DNA of 11,806 nt from an uncultured bacterium. Lineage in GTDB: Bacteria; Abyssobacteria; SURF-5. Every line of letters begins with the position of its first letter. Position 1 is the stretch's first letter. The notes beneath the pieces are model-generated. The model saw nothing but the letters and a program-made list of their open reading frames with translations. It had not been told where the DNA came from and ran no database searches. The DNA is taken from NCBI GenBank assembly GCA_964607485.1, contig CAZSKP010000002.1:1-11806 (forward strand), read 5' to 3'. A program made the translations under genes and the position numbers. Of the stretch, positions 1 through 7,281 are shown in pieces.

Positions 1-1
1 C

Positions 2-226
2 ACCTACATGGACACCAGGCACGGCAACTACTGGCAGAGGGCGTTCCCGCCGGAGCGCACGCTGGAGGAAATGGACAGGCTGGGGATAGGGTTCGTCGTG
101 ACGGGAAAGGCCCGTGACCAGTGGCTGGAAGAGCACGCCATTCCTCCCGATGCCAGGCACAGGTTCAAAGACATGGGCAAGCTCGCCGAAGGCGCCACGA
201 TTATTGCTGTTCGGAGCAAGGAATAG
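2..226 (+). CDS. 3' end of an unidentified protein, probably truncated by the window edge
   Basis: The frame is open from base 2 (acc tac atg gac...) to TAG at 224-226, has GC-rich coding-like codons and is followed by an intergenic palindrome. No recognisable motif. Confidence 0.6.
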   Translation, partial: TYMDTRHGNYWQRAFPPERTLEEMDRLGIGFVVTGKARDQWLEEHAIPPDARHRFKDMGKLAEGATIIAVRSKE

Positions 227-250
227 TTGTCAGTCGGCGAAATTATTAGT

Positions 251-349
251 TGTCATTCTGAGCGCAGCGAAGAATCTCTCGTTGCGCAATGACATGCTTT
301 GAAACTGAGATCCTTCACTTGGGCCTGTGGCCCTTCGTTCAGGATGACA
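251..349. repeat. REP-like composite palindromic element between convergent genes, possibly also a bidirectional terminator
   Basis: TGTCATTCTGAGCG (251-264) is an inverted repeat of CGTTCAGGATGACA (336-349), 12/14. GAAGAATCTC (269-278) pairs with GAGATCCTTC (307-316), 9/10. Inner hairpin GGGCC-tgt-GGCCC (321-333). Resembles the widespread GTCATTCTGAGCG.AGCGAAGAATCT...AGATCCTTC...TCAGGATGAC intergenic repeat type. Confidence 0.75.
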
Positions 350-397
350 GGAATGTGATATATTTCATGCTTCCCATGGTAAGTACACGCCGTAGCG

Positions 398-847
398 TTA
401 CCTGTTCCTGATGGTCCAGATGTCATCCAGCTCGTGAATGCCTTTGCGGAGCTCGTCCGGATTCTTCGCGTCGAACGGTTCCGTCGGGATATTGATGAGG
501 TAACTCATCTCGCTCAGGCCCATCTGGCCGTGCCACACCATCGGTGGTATGACGAGCAGCACGTCCTCGCCGTCTTCGCCGAGGATGAACTGACCATATT
601 CGCCACAAGTCGGACTGCCGGGCCTGTCGTCGTACAGGCCTATCTTTGCCGTGCCTTTGACGATGAAGAAGTTGTCGGTCTGCTTCTGATGACAGTGCCA
701 CGCCTTGACGACGTTGCGGCGGCAGGAGGCGACGTACACCTGGCCGAACTTCATGAAATGGGGCGAATCGCAGCGGAGTATCTCGGTTACATATCCCCGG
801 TCATCGGGATGACGCACCAAGGGAATCTTCTTCACACCGTCTATCAT
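398..847 (-). CDS. dTDP-4-dehydrorhamnose 3,5-epimerase family (RmlC-like cupin) protein
   Basis: MIDGVKKIPLVRHPDDRGYVTE (DxRG motif), VKAWHCHQKQTD (cupin HxH), GLYDDRPGSPT, LVIPPMVWHG. ATG at 847 follows purine-rich AGGAGGAAGCGGGAG and is preferred over the 916 start, which lies inside the promoter. Confidence 0.85.
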   Translation of the reverse strand: MIDGVKKIPLVRHPDDRGYVTEILRCDSPHFMKFGQVYVASCRRNVVKAWHCHQKQTDNFFIVKGTAKIGLYDDRPGSPTCGEYGQFILGEDGEDVLLVIPPMVWHGQMGLSEMSYLINIPTEPFDAKNPDELRKGIHELDDIWTIRNR

Positions 848-906
848 CTCCCGCTTCCTCCTGAAATGGCCCGCACAAATTCGGGAATCATTGCGCCGGA
901 AACCGC

Positions 907-935
907 ATTCTATCAAAAACGCCGCCGGAATTCAA
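907..935 (-). promoter_or_regulatory. sigma70-type promoter for the RmlC-like gene
   Basis: Minus strand reads TTGAAT-N17-TAGAAT, with TG one base upstream of the -10 (extended -10). Confidence 0.65.
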
Positions 936-979
936 TTTTCTCTTGTGAAATAACTTGAGTTAAAACGCCCTCCGGGATA

Positions 980-1230
980 TTGGGGACAGACACCATATTT
1001 ATAATCATAACATGTGTCATAAAAATATGTTTCATATCTTACTTGAAAGTATGAATGAGAATATTTATTGCCTTTCATGAAATATTTCCGTTAGTTCCGC
1101 TCATTTCGAGAAATCCAGGGAGTGGCAGGCCGATTTGGTGAAGCTGGTGAAGCTAAGGCACCCCATGAGATGTCGGCGTAATATATTAATAATACAATAC
1201 TTAGATGATATAATGTGGTGTCTGTTCCCA
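980..1230 (+). mobile_element. Non-autonomous, internally deleted (MITE-like) derivative of the Y1/RAYT-like element at 11038->11806
   Basis: Terminal inverted repeats TGGGGACAGACACCATATT (981-999) and AATGTGGTGTCTGTTCCCA (1212-1230), 17/19. 980-1000 is identical to 11038-11058. 980-1090 aligns ungapped to 11038-11148 (about 70/111 by hand). Degenerate first (1103-1126) and last (1126-1159) codons of the transposase are present. AT-rich relative to the flanking genes. Confidence 0.85.
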
Positions 1231-1271
1231 CATTGGAGGAATGATTCCAATCAGGAAGGCAAGCCGAAGGG

Positions 1272-3464
1272 TCAGCGCATCTGTTCTTTGACGGCGCGCA
1301 CGACGCCGCCCGCTCGGAAGTCCTCGATCTTGCAGTAAGAGGAGCCCATCGCCCTCGCTATCCTCTGCGCCATCGAGGGGGAGGTGGAGGCGTTGCGGAA
1401 GACGGAGAACCTTCTTTCCTCGGTGTCGATGACAAGCGTCTTGATTCTCTTGTCGTCTCTTATCATCTTGGCGATTTCGAACAGCTCGTCCAGAAGCGCG
1501 GAATAGCCCGGTCCTTCGTAAGACCTGTCGCGCCTGACGCCCACGTTCGCCTCGCCGTCGGAGATGAGGACCATCAAGGGCATCGTGTGGCTGTCACGGC
1601 GCATGTGGTTCGCCAGCAGTTCGTGTGCCTTCAAAAGCCCGTGACCGAGAGGCGTCTTGCCGCCGGCGGGCAGGTCTTCGAGAAGCTTCTTTGCCAGGTC
1701 GATGCTGTTGGTCGGAGGGAGCAGCACCTCCGCCTCGTCTCCCTTAAACGTCACGAGCGCCACCCTGTCGCGCTTTTGATATGCGTCCAGAAGCAGGCTT
1801 ATCATCGCCGCCTTGGTTTCGGTCATGAGGCGGGTGCCCATCGACCCGCTCGCGTCCACGACGAAGAGCAGCAGGCTGCCGGCTTTCATCTCGCGGACTT
1901 TCTCGCGGATGTCGGATTCCTCTATCGCTATCGCCACGTCGCGTCTTCGACGGTTCTTTTGATGGGGCGCGGCGGCGCGGATAGTGGCGTCGAACGCCAT
2001 GTCGTCGTTGCGGCGCTCGGGCGTGCTGCGCACGTAGCGGCCCGCCTTCCGCAGGGTTCGCGTCGGCATGCGGCGGCCGCTCTTCTTGCGCACGGTTCGG
2101 TCCCTGTCGAGGAGGAGTGGCGGCACGCGGAACGTTTCGCCGACTCCGAACAGCCGCTCTTTGCATTTCTTGTCTCGCGCCTCGCCCTCGTTTCCCAGCA
2201 TCTGGCTGTCGGCGCCCGGTTCGAGCTTCCCGGCGTAATCGGGTGTCCGCTGGTCGTCGTCGCCCATCATCGCGTTGGAAGCGCTTGCCGCATCGCCCTC
2301 CTCCGCGGAGGACTCATCGTCCAGCGTCAGTTGCTCGGCGTCAACCTGCACCGACTCGCTTTCATCATCCTCGGGGTCGGGCCTGTCGGCCTTGTGGTCC
2401 TGTTCTCTCGCCATCTCCTCGGCCAGCATCCTCTGGAAATCCTCAAGTGTCTTCTTCGGAAGATTCGTGTTGCGGGACCGATGGGGCAAAACGAGCGCCG
2501 CAGCCCGGCTCATGTCGTCGAGTGTGGGAACCAGCCGCAGGCTGAACGCCGCAATGGTCTTGGCGGCCTTTTCGAGAAAAATGTCGGCGCGGTGACCGTC
2601 CACCTGGTTAAGCAGGCAGACCTGTGAGATGAACGCGCGCATTCGGTCCGGGATGAATACGCGCGGCAGCAGTTCCCTCGCCTTTCTTATCCTGATTCTC
2701 ATGGCCTCCTGCCGAGGCGCCCATTGTTCGCAGAAACCCGCGGGGTCGGTGTCGAACGCCTCCCGCCGCTTCACCACCTCGACCCGCCGCTCCGGGTCGG
2801 GGATTCCCTCGATGCCGACGCACAGGCCGAACCTGTCCAGGAGCTGGGGCCTGAGCTCGCCCTCCTCGGGATTCATCGTGCCCACGAGCGAGAACGCGGC
2901 CGGATGCGCAAAAGAGATGCCCTCGCGCTCGATGATGTTTATGCCGGTGACGACCGTGTCGAGCAGCAGGTTGACTATGTAGTCGTCCAGCAGGTTGACC
3001 TCATCGACGTAGAGGATGTTCCGGTTGGCCGCGGCCAGGATGCCCGTCTCGACCCGTTTCTCGCCCGCGCTGAGCGCATGCTCGAAGTCGATGCTTCCGA
3101 CGACCCTGTCCTCAGTCGCGCCGATGGGGAGGTTTATCACCTGCGCCTTGCGCCTCTCCACGGGAAGCTCCGAGCCGCTCGACAGGCGTTCCCGACAGTT
3201 CAGGCACATCTTTTCTTTCTCGCGGGGATGGCAGCCGAACGGACAATCCGCCACCACCTCCGCCTCGGGCAGCAGGTCGGCGAGCGCCCTGACGGCGGTC
3301 GACTTGGCCGTACCCTTCTGACCCCGCACCAGCACGCCGGAAAGCGACGGGTCGATGGCGTTGAGAAGCAGCGCGAGCAGAAGCTGCTCCTGCCCGACGA
3401 TCGCCGTGAATGGATATATCGGCCTCCCGAGAGCTCTCCATCCGTTTCCGTTGCTCTTCTTCAT
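1272..3464 (-). CDS. Mg/Co chelatase subunit D-like protein (BchD/ChlD family: AAA+ module, acidic linker, vWA domain)
   Basis: [10 protein letters not shown], Walker [10 protein letters not shown], Walker [31 protein letters not shown], acidic linker (DPEDDESES...[10 protein letters not shown]), vWA MIDAS motif [32 protein letters not shown]. Confidence 0.9.
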   Translation of the reverse strand: MKKSNGNGWRALGRPIYPFTAIVGQEQLLLALLLNAIDPSLSGVLVRGQKGTAKSTAVRALADLLPEAEVVADCPFGCHPREKEKMCLNCRERLSSGSELPVERRKAQVINLPIGATEDRVVGSIDFEHALSAGEKRVETGILAAANRNILYVDEVNLLDDYIVNLLLDTVVTGINIIEREGISFAHPAAFSLVGTMNPEEGELRPQLLDRFGLCVGIEGIPDPERRVEVVKRREAFDTDPAGFCEQWAPRQEAMRIRIRKARELLPRVFIPDRMRAFISQVCLLNQVDGHRADIFLEKAAKTIAAFSLRLVPTLDDMSRAAALVLPHRSRNTNLPKKTLEDFQRMLAEEMAREQDHKADRPDPEDDESESVQVDAEQLTLDDESSAEEGDAASASNAMMGDDDQRTPDYAGKLEPGADSQMLGNEGEARDKKCKERLFGVGETFRVPPLLLDRDRTVRKKSGRRMPTRTLRKAGRYVRSTPERRNDDMAFDATIRAAAPHQKNRRRRDVAIAIEESDIREKVREMKAGSLLLFVVDASGSMGTRLMTETKAAMISLLLDAYQKRDRVALVTFKGDEAEVLLPPTNSIDLAKKLLEDLPAGGKTPLGHGLLKAHELLANHMRRDSHTMPLMVLISDGEANVGVRRDRSYEGPGYSALLDELFEIAKMIRDDKRIKTLVIDTEERRFSVFRNASTSPSMAQRIARAMGSSYCKIEDFRAGGVVRAVKEQMR

Positions 3465-4507
3465 TTGGTCACCGACACATTGTGTCTGAGCACCGAGGCT
3501 ATGCGCTCGCGGTCGAGCACAACGTCCTCGAACGGCTTGCGCCTGACGCGGTGCTGAAGCGCCATGTCGGCGGATTCCTCGAGGTCCTCGTGTGTGACCT
3601 CGGTCCGCTGGTGAAACGCGGCCACCGTCTTCGCCGTCTTCATCATTATTATGTCGGCCCTGTGGCCGTCCACGCCTATCTCAATCGATATGTGCGCTAT
3701 CTTGTCCAGCATCTCGTCCGAAATTCGCACCTGCGGAAGAATCTCGCGCGCGTGAACGATTCGGTCGCGCAGCTCGGTCTCCGCGCGCGCCCACTCTTTT
3801 ATGAACGCGTTGGGATCGTCCTCGAACGCAACCCATCGCTTGACGACCTCGACGCGCTGCTCCGCGTCGGAGATGCCCTCGATGTTCACGCACAGGCCGA
3901 ACCTGTCCAGAAGCTGAGGCCTGAGCTCGCCCTCCTCGGGGTTCATCGTGCCCACGAGGATGAACTCGGCCGGATGCGTGTAAGAGACGCTCTCGCGCTC
4001 GATCGAGTTGACACCCATCGCCGCCGAATCGAGCAGCACGTCCACGATGTGATCGTCGAGGAGGTTGACCTCATCGACGTAAAGGATGCCCCGGTTGGCA
4101 TCGGCCAACACACCCGGCTCGAAGCGTTTCTCGCCCTTCTTTATCGCGTGCTCGAGGTCGAGCGTGCCCACCACCCTGTCCTCGGTGGCGTTGACGGGAA
4201 GGTTTATCACCCGCGTCTGCCTTTCCTCAACCTCGAGCTCCACCTTCTGACGAAGCTTGTCGCGGCATTGAATGCACATCTTGTGACGGTCGTCGGGGTC
4301 GCAGTGAAACGGGCAATCCTTGACGACGCGGAGATTGGGAAGGAGCACCGCGAGCGAGCGCACGGCCGTGGATTTTGCCGTGCCTTTCTCCCCGCGTATG
4401 AGCACGCCCGAGAGCTTGGGATTGATGGCGTTCAACACGAGCGCCAACTTCATTTTTTCCTGTCCCACGATTGCAGTAAATGGAAAATTCAGCATTGAAG
4501 CTCTCAT
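3461..4507 (-). CDS. Mg/Co chelatase subunit I-like AAA+ ATPase (BchI/ChlI family)
   Basis: [75 protein letters not shown] 10 nt before the ATG. The stop overlaps the downstream start (ATGA, 3461-3464). Confidence 0.92.
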   Translation of the reverse strand: MRASMLNFPFTAIVGQEKMKLALVLNAINPKLSGVLIRGEKGTAKSTAVRSLAVLLPNLRVVKDCPFHCDPDDRHKMCIQCRDKLRQKVELEVEERQTRVINLPVNATEDRVVGTLDLEHAIKKGEKRFEPGVLADANRGILYVDEVNLLDDHIVDVLLDSAAMGVNSIERESVSYTHPAEFILVGTMNPEEGELRPQLLDRFGLCVNIEGISDAEQRVEVVKRWVAFEDDPNAFIKEWARAETELRDRIVHAREILPQVRISDEMLDKIAHISIEIGVDGHRADIIMMKTAKTVAAFHQRTEVTHEDLEESADMALQHRVRRKPFEDVVLDRERIASVLRHNVSVTK

Positions 4508-4620
4508 TTGGCGAATACTCCTGACGGCATTTCCTTAGCGTTCCGTGCGCCGGCCACACCTCGCGCGGTCTGCATCGACGCTGGGAGTACGCGGAGTGGC
4601 GCAACCATAAATACTACTTA

Positions 4621-4649
4621 ATTTTACCGCTTTCACGGCCAAATTGCAA
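4621..4649 (-). promoter_or_regulatory. sigma70-type promoter of the chelatase I/D operon
   Basis: Minus strand reads TTGCAA-N17-TAAAAT, implying a 5' leader of about 105-110 nt. Confidence 0.6.
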
Positions 4650-4692
4650 GGAAGATTCCGAAGGCAACTGCTATATTGCTGTGACATAATCA

Positions 4693-4701
4693 TGATAGAA
4701 T
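4693..4701 (+). promoter_or_regulatory. Extended -10 promoter element for the ArsM-like gene
   Basis: TGaTAGAAT about 47 nt before ATG 4748. No good -35 at 17-nt spacing. Confidence 0.45.
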
Positions 4702-4747
4702 ACTGGAGCAAGGTGTATCAGAAAACCTGTAACGGAGTCAGCAACAA

Positions 4748-5479
4748 ATGAACCCCGGAGAGATCAGTGACGCCGTTTGCCGGAAATACTCGCGGGTGGC
4801 AAAGCATCCCACCGAGGCATTCGGCTTTCCGGTCGGATGCGCATTCGCCAAGAGCGTTGGCTATCCGACAGAGGTATTGGAACGCCTGCCCAGATCGCTC
4901 ACCGAATCGTTCACCGGCGCCCACAATCCGCTGCTTTTCGCCGATCTCAGGCCGGGCGAAGTTGTGCTCGACCTCGGTTGCGGGGCGGGGCTCGACATGT
5001 ATCTCGCGGCGGTTTCGGTCGGTCCCGAAGGATTCGTGCACGGGCTTGATTTCTCATCGGATATGATTGAGAAAGCGAGACGCAACCTCGCGGAGTTGGG
5101 AATACGCAACGTTGATTTTCACCACGCGCCCGCGGACCACATTCCCCTGTCCGACAGGTCGGCCGACGTCGTCATCAGCAACGGCATCTACAACCTTTCA
5201 CCTGCGAAGGAACCGATTGTCGCGGAGGTCTTCAGAGTGCTCAAACCGCAAGGTCGCACCGTCCTGTCGGAGATAATCCTGAAGAAGCCGTCGGAGGAAA
5301 AAGCCGCTTGCAGCCTTGAAGACTGGTTTAAATGACTTGCCGGCGCGTTGCCGGAACGGTCGTTTCTGGGTTTATTTGAAAGCGCCGGCTTCAAGCAAGT
5401 GGAACTGCTTTCCACCCTGCGCAACGCGAGAACCAAGAACCCTCTGGCAATTATCGCCAACGTCAGAGCGATTAAATGA
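4748..5479 (+). CDS. ArsM-like class I SAM-dependent methyltransferase, probable selenoprotein (UGA 5333-5335 = Sec, 243 aa)
   Basis: LRPGEVVLDLGCGAGLD, VGPEGFVHGLDFSSDMIEKAR, DVVISNGIYNLSPAK, EVFRVLKPQG. After DWFK-TGA the frame continues LAGALPERSFLGLFESAGFKQVELLSTLRNARTKNPLAIIANVRAIK-TGA(5477-5479), matching the ArsM W-x-x-C-x-A-G-A-L...AGF C-terminal segment. Confidence 0.85.
5340..5369 (+). promoter_or_regulatory. Candidate bacterial SECIS element
   Basis: Hand-folded hairpin CCGG-c-GCG-tt-GCCG-[GAA]-CGGT-CGT-tt-CTGG just after the in-frame UGA. The apical loop begins with G, 18 nt after the UGA, with a bulged UU. An alternative fold (CCGGC/GCCGG) is also possible. Confidence 0.6.
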
Positions 5480-5557
5480 CGCAATCCTCACGGGATGTGG
5501 CGGGGACGGAACGAGGTGTGGCCAGAGGGCTATTCTTCTTCTGCAAGGAGTAAACGG

Positions 5558-6370
5558 CTACGAGGCTACCGAAATCAGGTCGAGCGTCTTATCGACGGCA
5601 AACGGCGTGAACGAGTAGTCGGCATAGTGGCGGATGTTCTGAAAACCTGCGCGCCCGAGCGCGGCGTCCATGTGCTTTTTCAGTATAGGCCGAAGCCGCG
5701 TCGTCTGGACGTTGTAGCTCCACTTGCCCGACTCGCGCAGGAACCGAATGATGTGAAAATCGACTCGGCGCGGGCCGTGAATGTCGAGCATCCTGAAGAA
5801 GACGCACTCTCTCCCCTCCCATTCGGCCGAGGACGGCGGCATGAAGCGAAGGTTCTCTCTAAGAATCCTCGCGTAGTTGCGTATCTGCGAGACGAACACG
5901 CCGCCCGGCGCGAGCGCCTGTTTGATGGAGCGAATCGCTCGGTCCAGCTCGCGCTGTGTGAGAAGATGGGGCAATGAATTGCCGATGCACACGACGGCGT
6001 CAAACTTTTCTCGTCCCGCCTTCCGGGCGACCTCGGTCAACCCCGCCCTGAAGAATTCGACGGCCGCCCCGGCCGCCGAGCTGTTGCGCTCAGCCAGCCG
6101 AAGCATCTCCGGGCTGATGTCGCACGCGGAAACCGCGAGGCCCCACGTGGCAAATTCGACCGCGTGGTGCCCCGTCCCGCAGGCGCAGTCGAGCACACTT
6201 CGGACCCCGCGCTCCTCGAAGAGCTTCCGGAAGAAGGGAGCCTCCCGCCTGAGACGGGCGTCCCAGTTTATCATCAGCTCGTATCCTACGCCGAGTTCGT
6301 CGTAGAATTCGTCTGCCGAATGGGAGCTGTCTCTGAATTTTTCTCTCTTACTTTTTTTGCGGTGCGGCAT
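5558..6370 (-). CDS. Class I SAM-dependent methyltransferase (glycine/sarcosine N-methyltransferase-like motifs)
   Basis: FYDELGVGYELMINW, SVLDCACGTGHHA, CDISPEML, FDAVVCIGNSLPHL, LAPGGVF, AGFQNI. Substrate cannot be determined from sequence. Confidence 0.85.
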   Translation of the reverse strand: MPHRKKSKREKFRDSSHSADEFYDELGVGYELMINWDARLRREAPFFRKLFEERGVRSVLDCACGTGHHAVEFATWGLAVSACDISPEMLRLAERNSSAAGAAVEFFRAGLTEVARKAGREKFDAVVCIGNSLPHLLTQRELDRAIRSIKQALAPGGVFVSQIRNYARILRENLRFMPPSSAEWEGRECVFFRMLDIHGPRRVDFHIIRFLRESGKWSYNVQTTRLRPILKKHMDAALGRAGFQNIRHYADYSFTPFAVDKTLDLISVAS

Positions 6371-6479
6371 TCGTTAAGCTCGCTCACTATGACATTCACC
6401 TGGAGGCGGCGCAGGGCTCTGCGACTTCCGTCACACACGTCAGGATAACACAAGGAGGCGGGGTCGAACAAGTCTTTAT

Positions 6480-6501
6480 GAAAGTAAGCGCCGTTACTTT
6501 C
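6480..6501. promoter_or_regulatory. Operator-like palindrome between divergent genes
   Basis: GAAAGTAA-gcgccg-TTACTTTC: perfect 8-bp inverted arms with a 6-bp spacer. Confidence 0.45.
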
Positions 6502-6533
6502 GCGATGAGCGGAGTTATGTTATTGTTATTCTT

Positions 6534-7118
6534 ATGCAGTCGCTAACAAGAAGCAGGAATACAAACCATATTGAGGGCGCCGAGCTCCTGAAGTTCCGCT
6601 GCGGACAATGCGGCACGTGCTGTCACCTGTGGATTCCGGTCACCGATGACGACGTGCGCCGGCTCATGGCGAGCACGGGACTGCCCGCCCGGGAAATTGT
6701 CGAATTCGTCAAGCCCTCGATGTTCGGGTCGAATCCCGAGATGGTCGCGTGGGTCAAGTTCGGCCCACGGCGACAGGACCGCAGGGTCATGTGCCTGCGA
6801 GAGATTCGCGGCCATTGCCGCTTCCTCCGGGCCAACCGGTGCTCCGTTTATGCGCACAGGCCGCTCACGTGCCGCGAACACCCGTTCGTCTTATCCTTGG
6901 ACGAATCCGAGCGCAGAATCGAATCCATCGAGCTGAGCGACGTCTCTGTCTGCTCACACACACTCGACGGCAAGGTGCGTAAGCGAGACCTGAAGCAAGT
7001 CTACCGTTGGAATGTACGGGAAGATGAAAGCTACTTCGAGAAAGTCCGCCGCTGGAATCGTCGCACGAGCTTCGGAACGAAGTCCGATTTTCTGCATTAT
7101 CTCGCCCTGGACGAATGA
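6534..7118 (+). CDS. YkgJ family (CxxCxxCC) cysteine-cluster protein, putative Zn/Fe-S binding
   Basis: FRCGQCGTCC, CRFLRANRCSVYAHRPLTCREHPF, plus a distal Cys. Start codon uncertain, no clear RBS. Confidence 0.85.
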   Translation: MQSLTRSRNTNHIEGAELLKFRCGQCGTCCHLWIPVTDDDVRRLMASTGLPAREIVEFVKPSMFGSNPEMVAWVKFGPRRQDRRVMCLREIRGHCRFLRANRCSVYAHRPLTCREHPFVLSLDESERRIESIELSDVSVCSHTLDGKVRKRDLKQVYRWNVREDESYFEKVRRWNRRTSFGTKSDFLHYLALDE

Positions 7119-7166
7119 GCCGCCGGCGCCCGCGCTATCCTTCACAGAGCCGCCTCTCCCGATAAA

Positions 7167-7195
7167 TTGACACGGTGCGTTGATTTTGCTAGAAT
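7167..7195 (+). promoter_or_regulatory. Near-consensus sigma70 promoter of the thiolase operon
   Basis: TTGACA (7167-7172)-N17-TAGAAT (7190-7195). Confidence 0.8.
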
Positions 7196-7281
7196 GCACT
7201 CCGCTCGGTGTCCCGCTGACCCTTTCCCCACCCGACTCAAAGAGTTTGAAAAACACGCTGAACAGGCAAGGAGAATCGACC

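Noticed and set aside
1136-1153. TGGTGAAGC tandem repeat, considered as a possible CRISPR or VNTR seed
   Set aside because: Only two 9-nt units, explained by mutation of the transposase 3' remnant (GTGAAGCTGAAGAAG). No repeat-spacer array was seen anywhere in the window.
1135-1338. 67-aa plus-strand ORF (MVKLVKLRHP...)
   Set aside because: Its start is the decayed transposase C-terminus inside the MITE, and the rest runs through the inverted repeat and antisense into the chelatase gene. Not a credible gene.
2380-2500. Possible programmed frameshift in the D-like gene producing an I-like subunit, as known for some chlD genes
   Set aside because: The gene is a single continuous ORF, I see no clear slippery run at the AAA+/linker boundary, and a separate I gene is adjacent.
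1587-4498. Long plus-strand ORFs (1587-2627, 2724-3557, 3410-4498)
   Set aside because: Antisense shadows of the two chelatase genes, typical of high-GC coding DNA, with no motifs.
5477-5977. Second read-through at TGA 5477-5479 into the in-frame ORF 5495-5977
   Set aside because: The methyltransferase fold is complete at ...VRAIK, and the downstream frame is antisense to the real methyltransferase at 5558-6370.
6430-6450. TCCTGACGTG on the minus strand resembling part of the SAM/SAH riboswitch core
   Set aside because: The rest of the consensus (upstream CACAACGGCT and the pseudoknot partner) is absent. The match is too short.
7180-7281. N-terminal extension of the thiolase in the ORF track
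   Set aside because: It overlaps the sigma70 promoter. The RBS and family N-terminus support ATG 7282.
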